Shown here piece by piece: positions 50,495 through 60,609 of a stretch of DNA of 64,000 nt; the stretch's first letter is position 1; each line of letters opens with the position of its first letter. The notes below the pieces were generated by a model. The model searched no databases and was not told the DNA's origin. It saw only the letters and a list, made by a program, of their open reading frames with translations. Origin of the DNA: a virus; IMG/VR virus record IMGVR_UViG_3300029197_000003; one strand, 5' to 3'. The position numbers and the translations under genes were made by a program.

Positions 50495-52590
50495 AGCGGA
50501 TAATAGCAGAGGACAACGAGCGCATGAAGCGCTACCATTATGAGCCTAACCCGATAACAGGGGAAGGCTATTTTGGCGAGCGCGAGAAGATTGAGATAGA
50601 TGACTTCCCGATTCCTGTGCAGTTGGTTCCTAAAAGGATGCTGAAGATACCGTTCGTCAAGCAGCTGGTCAAGCATGGCAGTATAGAGAACTTCCTCTAT
50701 GAGGTGATGGAGGAGGAAAACACGGAAGAGGCACGTGACACGGTTGTGCAGCAATTCATTCGATACCGCATCCGCTATGATTTCCCCTTTTTCTCGGCCT
50801 TGTTCCTGTATATTAAGGCGAAAGGTGGAGGCCGTGACATCCTCTTTCGCTTGACACGCCCACAACGCAGATTGGTCAATCGCTTCATGGAGCTATATGA
50901 AGCCAAGAAGCCAATACGTATTATTCTTTTAAAGGCTCGTCAGCTTGGCGGTTCAACACTCATTCAGTTGTTCATGCTATGGATGCAGATAACGCAGGAA
51001 TACGGCCTTAACTCGCTCATTATCGCTCATCAGTCTATCGCATCGGACGAAATCCTTGATATGTTCAACAAGGCAGTAACGCAGCTGCCTTCATGGATAT
51101 TACATAAGCTTGGAGAGCAATACAAGGCGAATGAATCTACATTTGTCAATGTCGGCCACAGCGGAGCCATTAAACGTGTTCCTCAGCGAGATTGTAAGAT
51201 TAAGGTCGGAACCGCTGAGCGTCCTGATTCCTGCCGTGGTGGTGACTACAACCTTATCCACCTCTCCGAGGTTGGTCTATGGAAGACAACAGATGGAAAA
51301 AGCCCAGAAGACATTGTGCAGTCTGCCTGCTCTGGTGTCCTCTATAAGCATCGCACAATGATAGTGTATGAATCAACCGCTAAGGGTGTAGGAAACTTCT
51401 TCCACCGCGAGTTCCTTGCTGCCTTTGAGGGGAAATCGCAATTTGAAGCTATCGTTATATGCTGGTATGACATCGACCTTTATGTTCTGCCATTCGCAGA
51501 CGATAAGGAAAGAGAGAGCTTCGCGCGTTCAATGTATGAACATAGGAACGACACAGAAGCATCTTCTGAACGTGAGGAATGTGGCCAATACATCTACTGG
51601 CTATGGCAGAAAGGTGCAACATTGGAGGCCATAAACTGGTACATAGCTGAGCGCCGAAAATATTCAGACCATGCCCGTATGGCCTCAGAGTACCCCTCTG
51701 ATTACATTGAAGCCTTCAGCTTCAGCGGCGAAATCGTCTTCGACCGCCATCAAGTAGAAGAATTGCGTCACACATGCAAGGCTCCTCGTGCTGTCGGTGA
51801 CATCGTGGCTGACGCTAATGAAGGCATGAGAGCATTATCTAACGTTCGTTTCAGCGAAGAGAAGAAGGGTGGTTTGTCAATATGGGAATATCCAGAGATA
51901 TTCACGGATAACACGGTGGTTACTGACAGATATTTGACTGTTGTAGACATCGGTGGTCGTTCTTCCAAGGCAGACTGGTCGGTTATTGTTGTCTTCGATA
52001 GGTTCGCCATGCAGTGGGGTGGAAAACCAGAGGTTGTGGCCCAGTGGTACGGACACATAGACATGGATATTCTCGCATGGAAGGCAGCACAGATAAGCAG
52101 ATATTACGACAATGCAGAACTGGTGATAGAATCCAACACGTTAGAGACGCATGACAGGGAGCGAATGGTTGACGGCGACCAATCTGGTTATATTCTCAAC
52201 CGCATCAAGGATTATTATCCTAATCTATATGCTCGCGACCAATCAGAAGAAGAAATATTGCAGAACGCGCCTAAGAAATATGGGTTCCACACCAATACAG
52301 CGACCAAGCCAATTGTCGTCAGTGCATTGCAGCGAGCGGTGAGAGAGAGACTCTATGTTGAGCGAGACGGCAGGTGCCTCGACGAGATGATTAGCTATGA
52401 GCGCAAGCCAAATGGCGCATTTGGTGCCATTCTCGGCTGCCACGATGACCTGCTTATGACGAGAGCTATTGGCATGCACATCTGCTTCTCTAAGATGCCG
52501 CTTCCAAAGATAGTTGACAAGACAAGATATGTTGAAGAAGTCTTCCAACACGAGATACCAGGTAAAAATATTGACAACGAAAAACGTTAA
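50470..52590 (+). CDS. terL: terminase large subunit
   Basis: 706 aa. LLKARQLGGSTLIQ is Walker-A-like and LIHLSEVGLW is Walker-B-like. The C-terminal nuclease motif is TVVDIGGRSSKADWSVIVVFDR. Confidence 0.9.
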   Translation: MVEMEKDIERIIAEDNERMKRYHYEPNPITGEGYFGEREKIEIDDFPIPVQLVPKRMLKIPFVKQLVKHGSIENFLYEVMEEENTEEARDTVVQQFIRYRIRYDFPFFSALFLYIKAKGGGRDILFRLTRPQRRLVNRFMELYEAKKPIRIILLKARQLGGSTLIQLFMLWMQITQEYGLNSLIIAHQSIASDEILDMFNKAVTQLPSWILHKLGEQYKANESTFVNVGHSGAIKRVPQRDCKIKVGTAERPDSCRGGDYNLIHLSEVGLWKTTDGKSPEDIVQSACSGVLYKHRTMIVYESTAKGVGNFFHREFLAAFEGKSQFEAIVICWYDIDLYVLPFADDKERESFARSMYEHRNDTEASSEREECGQYIYWLWQKGATLEAINWYIAERRKYSDHARMASEYPSDYIEAFSFSGEIVFDRHQVEELRHTCKAPRAVGDIVADANEGMRALSNVRFSEEKKGGLSIWEYPEIFTDNTVVTDRYLTVVDIGGRSSKADWSVIVVFDRFAMQWGGKPEVVAQWYGHIDMDILAWKAAQISRYYDNAELVIESNTLETHDRERMVDGDQSGYILNRIKDYYPNLYARDQSEEEILQNAPKKYGFHTNTATKPIVVSALQRAVRERLYVERDGRCLDEMISYERKPNGAFGAILGCHDDLLMTRAIGMHICFSKMPLPKIVDKTRYVEEVFQHEIPGKNIDNEKR

Positions 52591-52600
52591 ATTATTGAAT

Positions 52601-52933
52601 ATGATTAGATTACTTAAAAGATTAAAAGCAAAGATGGTCTATAGTAAGGCCGTCAGAACGGCGGAATCGGCATCAGCCAAGGACAACGGCAACCGCTATT
52701 ATGTGATGCCTTCAACTGTTAGAGGAAAGGTGATTATCTTCGACCGCTCTCAGTTTAGAATTTTAAAGCGAAAGCACTACGTCAAGGAATCAATGAGTAT
52801 GCAGGATTGTGTAAAGAATTGCTTTTATCATACGCGGGATAAAGCAGGGAATGTGATGCACCCGCTGCTCGTTGAGAAGGGACGCAAACGCTTCTTACAG
52901 TGGTCTTTATACAGAAGAAAGGAGGAGAAATGA
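52601..52933 (+). CDS. hypothetical basic protein
   Basis: The start is taken at MIRLLKRLKAK, after the TerL stop. Confidence 0.45.
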   Translation: MIRLLKRLKAKMVYSKAVRTAESASAKDNGNRYYVMPSTVRGKVIIFDRSQFRILKRKHYVKESMSMQDCVKNCFYHTRDKAGNVMHPLLVEKGRKRFLQWSLYRRKEEK

Positions 52934-53409
52934 ATATAGTCATCAAGAAGGAGGACGTTATAGACGTTGTTTCGCGTTCTGTAGCGATTCTAAACAGACA
53001 GCTACAACAACAGCAACAACCGCAGTTTCTCGGAATTGACGAGTTTACGCGCCATTTCGCTGAAATTGATTGGACGAACGTGTGGTCTGTAATCACAACG
53101 GCAAGCGAGCGTTACATGACCTCTCTCAGTGAAGGGGAGGGAAGCATTACACTCACGCTCTCAATGCCGCCACGTTACACTCTTGAACAGGCACCATTAC
53201 AGCAGACATACAAGAATGTAGCCGCATGGACTATCATGTCCTTGTACGCGGAGAAAAACTCGGCACCAGCGAATATTTTGCAAGTAATATCTCAACAGGC
53301 TAATGTCTATTTGAGTCTACTGAAGGATTCTCTTGCTGGCCACCGCTCGGCACCAGTGAGGAAAGAGCCGAAGAAGGTAAAAAATATTGACAAGATAAAT
53401 TGGTTGTAA
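52930..53409 (+). CDS. hypothetical head/neck protein
   Basis: The start MNIVIKKED overlaps the upstream stop as ATGA. Confidence 0.45.
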   Translation: MNIVIKKEDVIDVVSRSVAILNRQLQQQQQPQFLGIDEFTRHFAEIDWTNVWSVITTASERYMTSLSEGEGSITLTLSMPPRYTLEQAPLQQTYKNVAAWTIMSLYAEKNSAPANILQVISQQANVYLSLLKDSLAGHRSAPVRKEPKKVKNIDKINWL

Positions 53410-53410
53410 T

Positions 53411-54004
53411 ATGAACAAGACACTGACGATTCATATATACTTGACCGAATTGCTTCATGAGATTGCTAAGACATCGTGGCAAATCGGCCGTTCTCGCAAG
53501 GGAATGCAGCAAGTATCTCACGCGGAAGACATTCAGGATATAGATGAAGAGCGGATATTGCGCTCCGTGCAAACGGCAATGAAGGATGTGAGGATTGCTC
53601 TTGCTGAATACATTGTAGAAGGTGCGACGACGGCAGATAATATATTATTATCAGCAACACGCAAGGCCGTTGCAGGCGATAACGCGATAACAATGACATG
53701 GGGTAGCGGAGTGACCGAGCAGGAAGAAGATAATGTAATCACCTTCGTTCTCCGCGTTCCTTCCAATTACGCGAATGGCCAAACTGATTCACTCGCCACT
53801 TCTACTCATTCCTATATTGTGAACTACGCCCTGTCTGAATGGCTATTGCAGACAGACCCAGCAGAGGCAGGGAATTACAAGCAGATGGCAGCAGAGGCGT
53901 TGCAACAGTTATATGCTGCATCCTTCGCGCGTATTCAGCCTCGCCGTGCGCATGCACCGAAAAACAAAAAACCACTAACCAATAACGAAGTGAGATATGA
54001 ATAA
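53411..54004 (+). CDS. hypothetical head/neck protein
   Basis: 197-aa ORF, tightly packed with its neighbours. Confidence 0.45.
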   Translation: MNKTLTIHIYLTELLHEIAKTSWQIGRSRKGMQQVSHAEDIQDIDEERILRSVQTAMKDVRIALAEYIVEGATTADNILLSATRKAVAGDNAITMTWGSGVTEQEEDNVITFVLRVPSNYANGQTDSLATSTHSYIVNYALSEWLLQTDPAEAGNYKQMAAEALQQLYAASFARIQPRRAHAPKNKKPLTNNEVRYE

Positions 54005-54536
54005 CTGTAGAATACCACGCACAACGAGAGTGACAATAAGACTGAAGACGAATAATCTTCTATACGACATCGCTCAAGCAGGATTCCTTTCCGCTGAAGC
54101 TGTTGCATTGAGGTATCAGGATAATCAGCATGTGAAGCACCGCATGAAGGATGTTGTAGAGGATGGTAATGTTGACATTGTTATCCGCGAACTTGACAAT
54201 GCCTACACGCATTCCATGTTGCAACTGTCTCAGTTCGCGCCTCCTTCTCCACGAGAAGAGGATATTACAATGACGGATGATTATAACGACTATCGAGAGA
54301 GCTACGACTATACCATACTCATCAACTATGAGCACGTACGCTTCCTTGCTGAGCGCCTGACCTCGCTGCTTCATGATTATCTTGTGTCATCTGCAATCTG
54401 CCACTATATCTCTGTTGTTGCAGACACATCACACTCGTCTGAATTATACAAGCAGCGAGAAGAAGATACCATTGGTGAGATTATCGCCATGCTATCCATG
54501 TATGATTGTGAGAGACCAATCACGGCTACAATGTGA
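53997..54536 (+). CDS. hypothetical head/neck protein
   Basis: 179-aa ORF. It overlaps the upstream gene by 8 nt. Confidence 0.45.
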   Translation: MNNCRIPRTTRVTIRLKTNNLLYDIAQAGFLSAEAVALRYQDNQHVKHRMKDVVEDGNVDIVIRELDNAYTHSMLQLSQFAPPSPREEDITMTDDYNDYRESYDYTILINYEHVRFLAERLTSLLHDYLVSSAICHYISVVADTSHSSELYKQREEDTIGEIIAMLSMYDCERPITATM

Positions 54537-54567
54537 CGAGTATTCTCGCCAATTGATTCATCCAACC

Positions 54568-54600
54568 ATTCCCGCAACAAGAAATTGCGGGAATTTTTGT
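54568..54600 (+). terminator. intrinsic terminator
   Basis: ATTCCCGCAA-CAAGAAA-TTGCGGGAAT followed by TTTTT. Confidence 0.75.
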
Positions 54601-54755
54601 TGCTTAACTGTTTTATTTATTTTCGCTTATTAAATATCTCTCTATCAGATAATTAACCTACAATATTGCCCCAATATTAAATAATAACAAAGGTTAAAAA
54701 TGCACCCAAATAAAAATTATCTTGATTTTTATGCTGCGATTTCAAGATATATATT

Positions 54756-54763
54756 TACCTTTG
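54756..54763 (+). promoter_or_regulatory. -7 box TACCTTTG
   Basis: It matches TAnnTTTG and lies about 52 nt upstream of the ATG at 54816. Confidence 0.35.
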
Positions 54764-54815
54764 CACTTGTAATAATAATTCTCACAGCCCTCGACATCAC
54801 GGTGAAGTCCTTACT

Positions 54816-55148
54816 ATGTTAATTGACAATATTAAAGCGAAGTTCGCAGACTCCATTTTTAGCTCAATTCATGAAGCATACGACATGCTTGTGAGTAGAT
54901 TAGAAGAAGCTGATTGGCACGTTGCCACATCAAAGCAGGATATTAACGAATATACCTTTGCTGATGAAGAGAATCCAGCAGTTGAAGGTGAGACCTTTAG
55001 GGTTGAATGCGACATTCAAGAGGGTAGTGAAGTATTCGTCTATGAGTTCCGCATAAGGGAATATTATTCAGACCCTGGCTCTTCTGACTACGCATACGTA
55101 ATTGACGTTTACAGAGATAGACATTTTGTTTTCTCGTCTGTTGAATGA
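54816..55148 (+). CDS. hypothetical acidic protein
   Basis: 110-aa ORF. Confidence 0.45.
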   Translation: MLIDNIKAKFADSIFSSIHEAYDMLVSRLEEADWHVATSKQDINEYTFADEENPAVEGETFRVECDIQEGSEVFVYEFRIREYYSDPGSSDYAYVIDVYRDRHFVFSSVE

Positions 55149-55168
55149 TGAATTATCACAATTAAAGA

Positions 55169-55348
55169 ATGACGACAAATAAGCAATCAAGCTGGGGCGG
55201 CCGCCGCGAAAATAGTGGCCGCCCCAGAACAAACAAGGTTACATTGCGAGCAAACGTAACGCCTGCATTCCTTGCCAAGCTAAAGGAGAAGGCCGAAGAA
55301 GGAAATATGAAGGTCGGTGAATATCTTGAAGAACATCTTAGGTTATAG
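55169..55348 (+). CDS. 59-aa ribbon-helix-helix-like protein, below the ORF-track cutoff
   Basis: The product is MTTNKQSSWGGRRENSGRPRTNKVTLRANVTPAFLAKLKEKAEEGNMKVGEYLEEHLRL. The GRP...beta-strand...helix-helix layout resembles CopG/Arc proteins. Confidence 0.4.
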   Translation: MTTNKQSSWGGRRENSGRPRTNKVTLRANVTPAFLAKLKEKAEEGNMKVGEYLEEHLRL

Positions 55349-55480
55349 TGGCCAAGCAAATTAATTTCATTCATAAGGCGCTGATTCTGAATGCTATTAA
55401 AAATAATATACCGCTTTTCAGCAAGTTACCAGCATATTAAATCCTTCCTTATACTTCGTGATTATAGCGAATTATAACCG

Positions 55481-55524
55481 AAAAACAAGGCTCGTCACGT
55501 TATAATGTGGCGAGCCTTGTTTTA
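55481..55524. terminator. bidirectional terminator between convergent units
   Basis: AAAAACAAGGCTCGTCAC-GTTATAAT-GTGGCGAGCCTTGTTTTA. Confidence 0.7.
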
Positions 55525-58377
55525 TCTCATTCTGTTTGCTTGTCTCATTTGGTATTCTACGCTCATACCGTCAATCGTCTCTCCGTCTTCCAGATTCGCC
55601 ATGACGACCGCGACAAACGCCTTATAAGGACTTCCGTGCAGCCTTGCGATTCTTGCCCTGGTTCCAGAGCCAACATACAGGTAGTTAGTGTAATCTCGCG
55701 TTCCAAGCAGAGCTACCGAGGCGTGTGCATTGTTGAGATTTCCACGTAACATAATGTCGGTGGTGGTTCCAAGCGCATGTGCGTTGTTCAACTTCATTGG
55801 CCTTGTGACAATTACACCTCCCTGCGCCTCTCCGTCCTCACAGACATTCACAAGCTGCGCTTCTATACCTTCTTGCGTGATTGCGAGTCCATCAGGATAA
55901 CTATTGACAGAATACTTATACTCGCTCCTGATTGTAGACCACATCTTACTTGTCAGTGATAACACATACGCATACATCTTATCTTGATTGAATACGATAA
56001 CTCGCTGCCGCGTGTAGTCATATACCATGCCTGCATTGTCAAGGTATGATAAAAAGCCTAAATCGGGAATTTCAGAAGATTCAACCCCTTCTGCTCGTGA
56101 CATTTTTTTGACAACATTATGACTAAGGAGTGAAGCAGGATTATCGTGCAGCACCTCTGTTATACAGGTAGATTGTGAACCACTTATCATCATAATGCCT
56201 CTCTTTGTCGGGAAAAGTACACTTCTATCAAGCGATATGATTGCGTTGGGGTTGCTGCACACGTCTCTCGTGACTGGGGTTGCCGTCTGATAGCTGCCAT
56301 CATTGCCGACGGATAATGCCCATACGCCGTTTGATGTGAATGCGTATAGAGGGAATTGACCGAACTGGCCTTGCGACATGGCGGCAACAGCGGATGCGAT
56401 TCCGACCACTTCTCCAATGCCGACATCGTTCACGCCTATAGATGGAAAGTAGAATGGATTATTCACGGCAGATGTATAAATAGACGAGCTAACCTCAACC
56501 TTCTTATTCTCGTCTCCTTTGTCCTGCGGAAGGTCTGATGGAAGATTAAGGTAGTCGGTATATAATGAAGCATAAGATAGATTCAGGAAATCGTGCATCT
56601 TCATCTCCATGCTCATGGAGGGCTTTAAAACTCCGCTTGTCGTCATCCACCATATTACATCCTTCGCCGACGTGTAAGGGCAGAAGAATAGAGTTGGAAC
56701 ACGATTGTAAGTACTGACATATATAGGGCATTTCCCTTCCGTGTACAATTTTATCTCTCTTCCTTCCTCAACGGTGACGGTGAATGCGTTTGACATTGTG
56801 GCGTATGAGATTGGTAACTCACCGAATGTAATGCCGCCGCCAGTCTCTGCATAGGTTACAGGTACATAACCATCGAAGCGGCAGAAAGATTGCCTTATAG
56901 GATAACCATCATACAGCTGCCTCGTGACGCCAGCAAGATTCAATCGGGAGTTGTAGACATAAGACCTTTTAGCAGAAATCTTCTCGTGTGATTGGTAGTC
57001 GTCTGTCATTACCTCGCGGTTGACAAGAGATTGTAAATAATCATCCTTCACCTTAATTGTGACCGCTTCCCCCTTCCTGCTTTGTTCGCTTGCATTGATT
57101 AACTCATTCAGCGGAATGCTCTTTAACAAGTAGAATGAAGAGCAATCCGTTAGCTTTTTTCGCATATCTTCGTCCGTTACGGCAGGAAGTTCGATGGTGT
57201 CAACCTCATTATACTTGCCAGCATCATTGGCAATGAATGCAGGCCTGCAATACGCATTAAACAGGTCTACCATTTTGAAGGCACTGTGGTATTTCGTGTA
57301 GTCTCCGCTGATATGTGAGACACTTGACGTCAATCCCCACATGAGGGCGTTAGTACTCAGCCTGCCAACGTAGTCACCTTTATTATAATCACTATAATTA
57401 ATCTTCGTGAATTGAATTGTGTCTACAATGCCGCCTGCATCATAGGTATAAAGAGGAGCGCTTACGAATATATCCACGCTCTTTACGATGTCCCCCCATT
57501 CCTCCTTGAATGCCTTGGTAATATTGTCTTCCATGAAAAAAGTGAGTGCAGCACGAACCGCGAATACGTCAACTCTGCAATCTGTCAACTTACTGCCGTT
57601 GTAGCTTGATTGCCGCAAAAACGGCATAATAGCATGGTAGGTGGAAGGCATCATCAATATAGGTGCGGAATGATGAACTAATGTTCCATCATACAGACGA
57701 AGAGCATACCTCACGAAGAAGGGAAAACAGAATTTCCCCTTGCCTGTTACATGCTCGTTGATGAGCTTAGATACTGGTGCCAGCATTGTCGTAGTGTACG
57801 CTGTCAGATGCTCGCGCTTGTAGATGTAATTCCTGTCGCTCGGCCACACCTCGTAATCGAAGTGAACAAACATACCATCTGCCTCGGAACATTCCTTACT
57901 ATATAGGATAGGCTCACCGAGTAATCCGAACCGCATACCTATCTCGGGAAGAGCATCGCCAAGAGACTTGTACGCTGTATTCTTCCACAAGTAATAGTTA
58001 ATGCTGCCCTCCGTGAATATCAATAGTGTATTGCCAACGGCATCTACATGAGAGACCTCCGCTTTCATTTTCGCGAACTCCACCATGTTTAGATTTTCAT
58101 CTGCCGCATTACAATAGTAGTAATTATAAAATCCTTCAAGAATCTGCCCGTCTTCGTCTGTTGCTTGTGATTGAAAGATGTAATGCTTATATCCTGAGCC
58201 AGAATGCACATAGAGGAAACGAAAGCCGATAGGGACCTGCATCACTACTTTTGGCTTGTGCATTGGGCGAACCTCACCATATTCATGCACGAGGTTGTGA
58301 AGCAACGCCGTCTGGCCGTCTTGACAAGCGTAGTCAGACGGCACGGTCGTCATTCCTGTTATAGCAATATCCATCAT
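55522..58377 (-). CDS. large hypothetical protein, 951 aa, possibly a virion or tail component
   Basis: It is beta-rich with no catalytic motif that I recognise. It is the last gene of the 63.8-55.5 kb leftward operon. Confidence 0.4.
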   Translation of the reverse strand: MMDIAITGMTTVPSDYACQDGQTALLHNLVHEYGEVRPMHKPKVVMQVPIGFRFLYVHSGSGYKHYIFQSQATDEDGQILEGFYNYYYCNAADENLNMVEFAKMKAEVSHVDAVGNTLLIFTEGSINYYLWKNTAYKSLGDALPEIGMRFGLLGEPILYSKECSEADGMFVHFDYEVWPSDRNYIYKREHLTAYTTTMLAPVSKLINEHVTGKGKFCFPFFVRYALRLYDGTLVHHSAPILMMPSTYHAIMPFLRQSSYNGSKLTDCRVDVFAVRAALTFFMEDNITKAFKEEWGDIVKSVDIFVSAPLYTYDAGGIVDTIQFTKINYSDYNKGDYVGRLSTNALMWGLTSSVSHISGDYTKYHSAFKMVDLFNAYCRPAFIANDAGKYNEVDTIELPAVTDEDMRKKLTDCSSFYLLKSIPLNELINASEQSRKGEAVTIKVKDDYLQSLVNREVMTDDYQSHEKISAKRSYVYNSRLNLAGVTRQLYDGYPIRQSFCRFDGYVPVTYAETGGGITFGELPISYATMSNAFTVTVEEGREIKLYTEGKCPIYVSTYNRVPTLFFCPYTSAKDVIWWMTTSGVLKPSMSMEMKMHDFLNLSYASLYTDYLNLPSDLPQDKGDENKKVEVSSSIYTSAVNNPFYFPSIGVNDVGIGEVVGIASAVAAMSQGQFGQFPLYAFTSNGVWALSVGNDGSYQTATPVTRDVCSNPNAIISLDRSVLFPTKRGIMMISGSQSTCITEVLHDNPASLLSHNVVKKMSRAEGVESSEIPDLGFLSYLDNAGMVYDYTRQRVIVFNQDKMYAYVLSLTSKMWSTIRSEYKYSVNSYPDGLAITQEGIEAQLVNVCEDGEAQGGVIVTRPMKLNNAHALGTTTDIMLRGNLNNAHASVALLGTRDYTNYLYVGSGTRARIARLHGSPYKAFVAVVMANLEDGETIDGMSVEYQMRQANRMR

Positions 58378-58763
58378 ACCTTCTTATCAATCTTGTATAA
58401 CTTCCTACCCTTAATCTTAACCACAGACACGTCCATTTGTACATGCTCTCCAGCTATCTTGTAATCATAGAAGATACGATTCACGGTTGGTACAAGGCAT
58501 TCAAATCCTATGCTGTCGTAATAGTCGTTTCGGCATAAGACTGAGCGGTATGTTCCGTCCTCGCCTTCATCTGACGAGAAATGAATGTAGTAACCCCCTT
58601 TCTCGTCTTGCACCACACGTGCTGCCACCTTACCGATTGGCCCGAGGTCTTTGCGTATGTATGCGATAAACCCGTCAGACAACGAGATTGAGTTGTCTGA
58701 CGAGTCTGCAATGATGTATAACCTACCGTAACGTAGTTTGCGAAAAATGTCCTTTAACTTCAT
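58374..58763 (-). CDS. hypothetical protein
   Basis: 129-aa ORF, overlapping its neighbours by 1-4 nt. Confidence 0.45.
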   Translation of the reverse strand: MKLKDIFRKLRYGRLYIIADSSDNSISLSDGFIAYIRKDLGPIGKVAARVVQDEKGGYYIHFSSDEGEDGTYRSVLCRNDYYDSIGFECLVPTVNRIFYDYKIAGEHVQMDVSVVKIKGRKLYKIDKKV

Positions 58764-59002
58764 TATTTATGCTGATAGTCTTTGTAGTCCTGGTTCCTGC
58801 TGCGGAAGCTGATTGTCTCCACGTAATCAAAAGAGCGATTTTTTTCAAGCGCTTGCTTGTGGCGGTACGCTTCTTCCTTGTTACGGAAGATATAGTTACT
58901 TATGCCATAATCGAATGAACCTGCCGACACAACGATATTGGCATAGTACTTCCTGCCAAATAGATGGCGGGTGAGCATGGTTAATAGCGATTCCTTTTCC
59001 AT
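58763..59002 (-). CDS. hypothetical protein
   Basis: 79-aa ORF. Confidence 0.4.
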   Translation of the reverse strand: MEKESLLTMLTRHLFGRKYYANIVVSAGSFDYGISNYIFRNKEEAYRHKQALEKNRSFDYVETISFRSRNQDYKDYQHK

Positions 59003-59059
59003 TGTGCTAAAGTAGTGTATTATTGGAATGCGTTGTGCTTATCTTTACCATTGATACTT

Positions 59060-59473
59060 TTAGAATTCAGTCTCAATGAACATTTCGATATTCTCCAGTC
59101 GCTTCATCTCCTTCTTAACCTCGTCAATATTCTTTTTCAAAAATTGCTTGATTAATAGTGAAGTGGTCTTTAAAATTTCCACCTTGTGGCAGTCAATCGC
59201 CTTAACCATAAACTCTTCCACCAGCGAATCATCTTTAAACCTCAACCATTCTTCTTTGATTGGTTCTCCCTGCTCATTGTCCCTATTCAAAACAAGGTAG
59301 GATTTCAGCTGAATGGTGAAAGGGTGCATACAATTCGCATTGACTTCTGTATTGTTGAATCCGTAGTAATTGGATTTATATGCGATAGAACGAAATTTTT
59401 TGCTTTTCTTGTCAACTGCTTCATCTAACATTCTCGCGGCCCTGTAGAGGTTCTTGTAATCTGTTATATCCAT
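59060..59473 (-). CDS. hypothetical protein
   Basis: 137-aa ORF. Confidence 0.45.
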   Translation of the reverse strand: MDITDYKNLYRAARMLDEAVDKKSKKFRSIAYKSNYYGFNNTEVNANCMHPFTIQLKSYLVLNRDNEQGEPIKEEWLRFKDDSLVEEFMVKAIDCHKVEILKTTSLLIKQFLKKNIDEVKKEMKRLENIEMFIETEF

Positions 59474-59493
59474 AATGGTTAGGGTTTGATTTA

Positions 59494-60087
59494 TTATTTC
59501 TTAATCATGTTGAAGTCGGCCCAAAGCTTGATGAATTGTTGGCCACAATACGTGGCGAGAGCTTCGCTCTTAAAGCAAAGGCGAGAATCGAAGACCGCAC
59601 CCGAACCCGAGGGGGCGTCAAACGAGGTCGAAAAAGCGAAGCCCGCCCAGTCTCTTGAATAGTCGCCTGTTGATATGAGGTGTCGGTCGGCTTTCCACTC
59701 GTCACTCTTCTCTGACAGTTCTTCTTCCGTCCATAGCGTGAACCAAGGATACCAACGTTCCTCGTCTTCTGTGAACTGAGGCTTCCAACCCTCATTCAGG
59801 GCGGCGGCGATGATGCGAAGCTTCATGTATGCGAGGATGTCTCTGTTTTCCTCTGCAACCTCGGGGTCACGCAGATTTGTGTTCTGATAAGCGAGAACAA
59901 AGGAGTGGTCTGCGCCTAACTCACGGCAAGCGTCCTCAAATGTCTTCACACGTTCTATAATCGGGCGATTTACGACTGTCTGTGCCTCTGTTTCTTTCAA
60001 TTCGGGTAAGAGCGCGAGAAGAACTTTTTTGACGCTCTCATCGGCTGTTTTCAAAGCAGCCTTTGCGTTTTCAATCTTGATTTCCAT
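59494..60087 (-). CDS. hypothetical protein
   Basis: 197-aa ORF. Confidence 0.5.
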   Translation of the reverse strand: MEIKIENAKAALKTADESVKKVLLALLPELKETEAQTVVNRPIIERVKTFEDACRELGADHSFVLAYQNTNLRDPEVAEENRDILAYMKLRIIAAALNEGWKPQFTEDEERWYPWFTLWTEEELSEKSDEWKADRHLISTGDYSRDWAGFAFSTSFDAPSGSGAVFDSRLCFKSEALATYCGQQFIKLWADFNMIKK

Positions 60088-60134
60088 AAATGCTGTTATT
60101 ATTTATAAAGATTCTTGTGGTCTGTAATATCCAT

Positions 60135-60180
60135 GATTGTTATGGTTTGATTGTTATGGTTTGATTGTTATGGTTTGATT
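60135..60180. repeat. perfect tandem repeat, 14 nt x 3.3 copies (GATTGTTATGGTTT)
   Basis: Copies lie at 60135-60148, 60149-60162 and 60163-60176, with a partial copy to 60180. The repeat spans the stop codon of the gene 60168-60608. Confidence 0.9.
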
Positions 60181-60608
60181 TTTACTCTTACCTTCCACAT
60201 GTCAAGAAGCGCTTGCAGTTCATGCACAGAGTCGATTTCGTACATAAACATCGCATCGTGCATTCTTCTTGAACCATCTGGGAGCAATATCGGGCAGAAC
60301 GCGTTATGAGATACCGCAGAAGGTCTAAGTCCGATGCTAATAGGCTCAAAATCTGCAAAGAGCACATTTACTCCATTCAATGACTTCTGCCATCCGTATG
60401 CTTTCAGTAGCCCTTCTGATAGCGGAAACGGCGACATATCTTCGTATGAAGAAATAGCCATTTGTCTGCCTCCATCTTCATATACCTCTCTATGACGAAT
60501 CGTACCGCTGATATTGTCAATACCTTCAACAATAGAGTATTTATAGCCTTCGTACTTGTTTTCTTTGGTGATAATATCGCCAATTCTTAATTCTATAATG
60601 TTTATCAT
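60168..60608 (-). CDS. hypothetical protein
   Basis: The start is taken at MINIIELRIGD, directly after the upstream stop. Confidence 0.45.
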   Translation of the reverse strand: MINIIELRIGDIITKENKYEGYKYSIVEGIDNISGTIRHREVYEDGGRQMAISSYEDMSPFPLSEGLLKAYGWQKSLNGVNVLFADFEPISIGLRPSAVSHNAFCPILLPDGSRRMHDAMFMYEIDSVHELQALLDMWKVRVKIKP

Positions 60609-60609
60609 T

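Noticed and set aside
60135-60180. The tandem repeat as a CRISPR array or minisatellite locus.
   Set aside because: The 14-nt units are directly adjacent with no spacers, there are only 3.3 copies, and no cas genes are present.
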